The notes beneath the pieces were generated by a model, which ran no database searches, was not told the origin of the DNA, and saw only the letters and a list, made by a program, of their open reading frames with translations. A program made the position numbers and the translations under genes. From the NCBI GenBank assembly GCA_001804285.1, contig MHFR01000053.1, forward strand, positions 15,857-79,856: a stretch of 64,000 nucleotides of DNA, given 5' to 3'. Below are positions 34,401 through 40,400 of the stretch, in pieces; positions within the stretch are counted from its first letter, which is position 1; each line of letters begins with the position of its first letter. Origin of the DNA: Candidatus Danuiimicrobium aquiferis (lineage in GTDB: Bacteria; Omnitrophota; Omnitrophia; Omnitrophales; Danuiimicrobiaceae).

Positions 34401-37400
34401 CGATAGAAAGGTCCCCAAAACTCGAGAAAACCTCGGACAGTTCAGCCCGATCAAAAAACCGCTGCTGTTTGCCTCTTGAATCCACGATAAATCCGCCTTC
34501 GGTCGCCCGCAAAATACCGCCCATCTCGTGGGTTGTATGAACTTTTCCGGTTTGTTCGTTCGCTTCTCTGTATTTCCAATCGTCGGTTGAACGAACAACA
34601 ACAAACACCTTGCCGCCCGGACGCAATATTCTTCTGATTTCTTGTATCCTTTGAGCAAGCGTTGCCTGATCCAAATAATGAAGCGAAAGATGGGCATACA
34701 CAGCGTCGAAAGATTCACTGTCAAAAATAAGCGGTTCATGAAGGTCCTGCAGTTGAGCTCTTAGGTGATCAGAGACTTTGAATTCCCGCGCGCGGCCGGC
34801 AATATGCTCAACTGCTTCTGAAATGAAATCGGTCGCCGTGACATCATAACCGTGCATTGCAAGAAACAATTCATCATGCCCCAACCATGCGCCCAAACTT
34901 AAAATTTTAGATCCTTTCGGTAATAATTGATTTCTCACGATCCTACGCGCGCTTCCATTGACAGTATGCCGCCGGGCTCGACCGATTCCTTCCGCCTCTT
35001 TATGAAAATCCGCAATCCAAATTTCCATTTGTTGATCCGTCATGCGCGCTTCCGACCTTTCAGCGGCAACTTCTGGCCTTTGCCGCGGCTGCAAGGACAG
35101 GTCGCGCGCTTTGGCACGTTTGAATGTTTCCTTCGAAACATTCAAAGTACTTTCGCGCATTCCGATTGATAACCGGTTGTCACTCTCATTATTGTTACGC
35201 GCTTCGGTTAATAACTGCTGTGGCTTTCCCGATTCGATGCGCGCTTCCGACCGTTGATTGACGGAAATCTCCAAAGATTGAATGGCCGATCCTTCCTGAA
35301 GTTCTTCAAGCGAGACAGCAACTTCAACCTTCGTCAGATATCCAACCGACGCTTCGACCGTTCCGCTCCTCATTTCGGTTTCATCTAACCCATGATATTT
35401 CATTTCGCTCAAATTGAAATCAGCCCGCCAAAGAATCCCCGGAGCGCCGCCGTTACTCGCCGTTTTTATTTTTTGAGCAAGATCCTTTAGCCCGCGTTTG
35501 CTGAAAAACAATCTGTCATGACGCGCCAGCCAATCGATATTTGCAATGTTAAACACCAACCGTTTCCGGGCTTGCATTCCGCCCCCTGAAATTTGAAAGA
35601 AAAGGGGAATACTTTGTCCTGCCTCCCTGTCTTCCCAAAAAACAAGCACGGCTTCTTTATGATTGCCCGGCAAATCAAAACCGAAACCTCCCAACGCTTC
35701 CGCTATCTCTTCCGCACCTTCAAGATACAAAGCACGGAAACGGTTCCGGCCGGCTTCGCCGTCAAACGGCTTTAACGATGAATCAAAAAATTCGACACCC
35801 GCGACTTGTATTCCTTCGATTCCGAGCGGTTGCTGTGATACAGCTTCGTCCTTCTGTTCCGGCTCGACCTCCAAGTTGAGATCGAACATAGAATTCTCAT
35901 CGATTTGACCCTGGGATCCTTTTCCCACCCCCAAATTTGAAATCCATCCCGTCGGCACAACGTGAATCCCTCGGAAATGCAATCCGGGGCCCGACGGAAG
36001 CTGATCATCTTGTTCTTGATTGACTCGCGTAAAAACTTCAGCACGCATTTGCTTCATGGCCCGAAGTTCATTTTCCGGATCGTATCGATCAAAAACAGGT
36101 TTCATGACATTAAAATCGTAGACCCCTCTATCGGCATAAAAAGAATATCCCGTTTGAGACCCCGCGGCCCCGCCGGATATTTGAAGGAAAAGCGGCTCAT
36201 GCGTATCTCCCTGAGAATGCCACATCACGAGCATAGCCTGGACATCGCCGGTGAGATTTAAGCCCAATCCGCTCGAAATCACTTCCGGCTGCCTTAAGTG
36301 AAAAACCTCATAAGAACCATTTAACCCTTCCATCGGGAAAGTTTGTTTTTCGCCCACTCCGATATTGACACCTTCCCAATGAAGATTCCTGGCTTCAGAC
36401 CGTTTCATCCCCGGCTTTTCCTGAGTCTTGGCTCTTTTGCTCTCAAGCGCCGCCGTGATTGTTTTCCTGGTTAAAACAGTAAAGTCTTCATCTTCCAACT
36501 GTCTCCGAAACAACTGCCCCTCTTTCCAATTCGCCTCGCCTTGTTTGGCATTCAATAAATCTAAGAACGTCAAGAAGTCCTTTCCAACTATTTGTTCAAG
36601 CTCTGATTCCTTGATGCCCAACGCCTCGGCTACCAATTTCATCAGAGATTTCCGCGCGATCTCTTTCCTCGGAAACGTCATTCTTTCGTCTTGTTCCCGC
36701 AATTGCGCCGTTAGTTTGACGGCATAAACATTAATAATCGCATCCACAATGTCCTGATTTGAGATCGGACCGGAAACTGACTGATCCGGGCTTTTTCCTT
36801 TCTTCGCCCGGGTTTCTGAGCGGACGGGACCTTGCCCTTCATCTGATAAAAAACTTTTCGGCTTTCTCATGTTCGCTTGCGGAGGCGAAACCTTCCGATC
36901 CACTCGAAGTGCTGCGCCGCGATCATCAAATTCCAGAACTCCCATTTCGGCAGCTTCTTTTAAGAACCGATCTATCAATTCATGAAGCCCGTATTGTTTA
37001 CCTTCAATTAAAGAAACTGCTTCTTTGACTTTGCCAGATCCTGCGCGACTGAATACCTGCTCTATTTGGCGTTGGAAAAGTGAACTCACATCAATGGACA
37101 GAAAAGGCCTTGAAGAACGCCGATCAGGCAATTCCAATTTGTAGTTAAGCTCCAGCCCGTGCGGCGCTTTTAATAATCGAATATATTGATTCAAATCTTT
37201 CGAACGAATCCGGAAGTCGGGCCGACTGTGTTCAAATTCAATCGTATAGCTTCTGCCCGTTTGTCGATCCCCAAGCATCGTATAAATAGGCTCACCCGAT
37301 TCTACCGGTAACTGCTCCCACAGGAAGGCAGCCAATTCTTCTTCAGACACAGCCCCGAACATCTGTTCCAGCTGCCGGGAGTACGGATATTGTTTCTCGC

Positions 37401-40400
37401 TAAGTTCGGTCAATATCGTTTCCGGCAAGAATTTCTTTGATTTCAAAAATTGAAGCAGCAAATAAAATCCGGGTATGCGCGGCACAGAAATTTGAGGAAT
37501 GAACGGCTGATCATCCTGAAAAATGATCCCTTCGCTCGTTAATGCATCAGCCCCCCAATTCAATTCCCTGATGCTTTTCATTAATTCTATCACTACAAAA
37601 AACGACAAGTGATCGACGTCCAAATGAACGTCTGAAAAAGACATGTCAGGAATCGACACATAAAGCTGATCTCCTTCCTTGATACGGTTCCTGACGGCAA
37701 ACGCATAATCGTAATCATCCCAAACTTCATACGGGATCAAATCCACCGTTATTCGATGCACGCCCATTTTAGCCATTGCTTTTCTGAATCGAATTCCGAC
37801 AGGGCTCGAAACAAATAATGGCAAAAGTTCATGTCGGCTAACTTTGGCGTTTTCAATCAATGTTGATTGATATTCCAAAAATGCATCGCGAGATGCAAAT
37901 GAGCCGCCAAACATGGGATCCACCCGTACGTAACGGAGAATCGTCTCGGCGTCTTTTGCCTGAACAACTTGGATCGAAACCACCGGTACATCGCCTTCGT
38001 TTGGACCCGCTTGAGAAAACAGGTTTGTACCCAAGAGCGAGTTTCGATTCAATTTTTCTCCCAACGCTATAATTGCCTTAATTTCTTCAGATCGAACTTC
38101 GGCCCTTGAATTAGGCTTAAGGCGTAAGGCATAAGCGCTCTGCTTAAGCCTTATGCCTGATACCTTATCACTAATTCCACGCTGAATCTGCGGAGTCAGC
38201 GCCAGCTCGATCCCTAGGTGAGAATTGGAAACGGAATTCATCTGCTGAATCAGGCGGCCAACCGTCTCTTCCGTGATATTTCCGTTCGTCCAAAGTTCTT
38301 TTAACCCTTTCCCAAAAATATCAAATTTCTGCGAAACAAGCGCTTTCAATTGGTCCACATAATTGGAGGCAGATTGATTGAGTTCGCGGTCAAGCGCTTC
38401 CCGGAAACTTGCGTCTTGCTCATCTGTCATCTCCGAATGCTTTCCCTCGGTAAAGCGAGGGCTGGCCCTATCTTTTCCGGGGTGTCGGGTATCTACGTTT
38501 TTTAGATTCCCGCCTACAGCTTGCGGGAATGACATGTCTTGTGTTTTCTGCCGGCTGGTGACTGCCGACTGTTGACCACTTAACACCCGGCCCAATGCAT
38601 CCACATATTTTGTATAGGTGCCAACTTGTTCGATTTTTCCGTCCGCGATTGCACTTTGGATCATCCGGTCGCGCCATTTTTTGAGCAAAAAGGGGACAAG
38701 CCTATGATCAACCTGTAAATCCCCCTCACCCCTCCCCTCTCCCTCTGGGAGAGGGATAGGGTGAGGGCCGCCAGCCAATGCCGCCCCGACTTTCGCAACA
38801 TAATCACGCGCCAGCGCATCCCATAAATTGCGATAAGAATATTTGGTAAACGACCTCTCGCCTTGCATCACATGGATATAATTTGTTTTATCACCCAGCT
38901 CATTAATTTTAGGCATCACCGTCGCAAATGAAATCCCGGATTCCTTAAACTTCTTTGTCAAGCCTTCGGAATGAAAACCGCCCGTGACAATCACCGCAAA
39001 ATTGGTTTTGTTTTTTTCCATTTGCGCGAGGGTGTTTTTAAAAAGCACTTCGTCACGCCGGAGCGCCAGTTCGTAGAAGCGGAGGTGGGGTTGGAACAAA
39101 GATCGAAGGTCACTGGACACTAAGTTACTTGTCACTGGCGTGCTTCTGCTTACTGTCATTCCCGCATGCTTCAGGCGGGAATCTATGGTTTGCAGATCCC
39201 CGACAACCCCGGAAAAGCTGGGGCCGGCCCTTTCTTTCCCAAGGGAAACATTCGGGGATGACACACTTTGCTGCTGACTGCCGTCTGCCGACCAATAACT
39301 TCCCTTCTCCAGTGACTGGTGACCAGTGACTAGTGACTGCAATTCCCCCCACTCCTCATGCGTCAGTTCCAGCTTTGCCAGCTTCTTCAATAGTTCCAAT
39401 TCATAAAAATCTGCGAGCAACTTTCGCTCGGCTTCCGACTGTGGCAATAATGTACGTAATTCTTTTTCAAGTGCCTGCAATTCTTCGAATAATTTCGTCC
39501 CCTTGATGGATTCGAGTGTCCGCGCATGGCTCATCGCAGGTTTTAAAACTTCCGGAATTTCGATTGAAATATTTTTCACCGCTGCAATTTCTTTCATGCG
39601 ATTCACTAATGTCCCGTGAGCAATTTGCCCCGTCCGGTACATTTGAATCATCTGCCCCATTTCGATCTGCTGATCGGTCGATAGCTTCGGCAGAATGGTC
39701 AGATCGAATGTTTCAATTAATTTTTTCATCGCGATGTCATCATCTGCGCCTTGATATTTGGTTTCGTGATCTTTGGCGGAAAGGATTTTGGAAAGTTCGG
39801 GATATTGGGTAGCGAATAGCGGATAGCGTTTAGCGGATAGATTTTTTGGGGAATCCTCAGAAAAGGGGACAGGTTCTGACTCCGCCGAACCAGAACCTGT
39901 CCCCTTTTCTTTTGCGCTATCCGCTGTATTTTTAAACTGTTCCAACACCTTCACATATTCGATCAAATCGATTTTGTCATTGCGGAAAGATTTTTGGGCC
40001 TGGAGAAAAGAAAAGGGGACAGGCAGTTGGCTCATTTTATCCGAACTGCCTGTCCCCTTTTCTTCGGGCAATTCATGAATTGCCCCTGCTAACCTTCCAT
40101 CCAATTCCCCTTCCACCCCATCCAGTTCCCCTAAAATCTCCTGTTCTTTTTCAATCGCCTCCAGAAATGCCTGTTTGTTTTCATCATATAACTTTTTCTC
40201 TTCGATTCCGTAATAACGCGCCTCGCCCGACTCACCCAAAATCGAGGCGATTTCGCCGCCGGTCAATTCTCCTTTTCTCGTATACGTTTCTAAGATTTCC
40301 TTTTTAATTTTTTCATCGGGAAAAGATTTAAAAAGAAGGCTGTCGAGTTCCCCTTCACCGCCTTCGAGAAGAACAAGTAGGGAACGGCCGCGACCGTTCC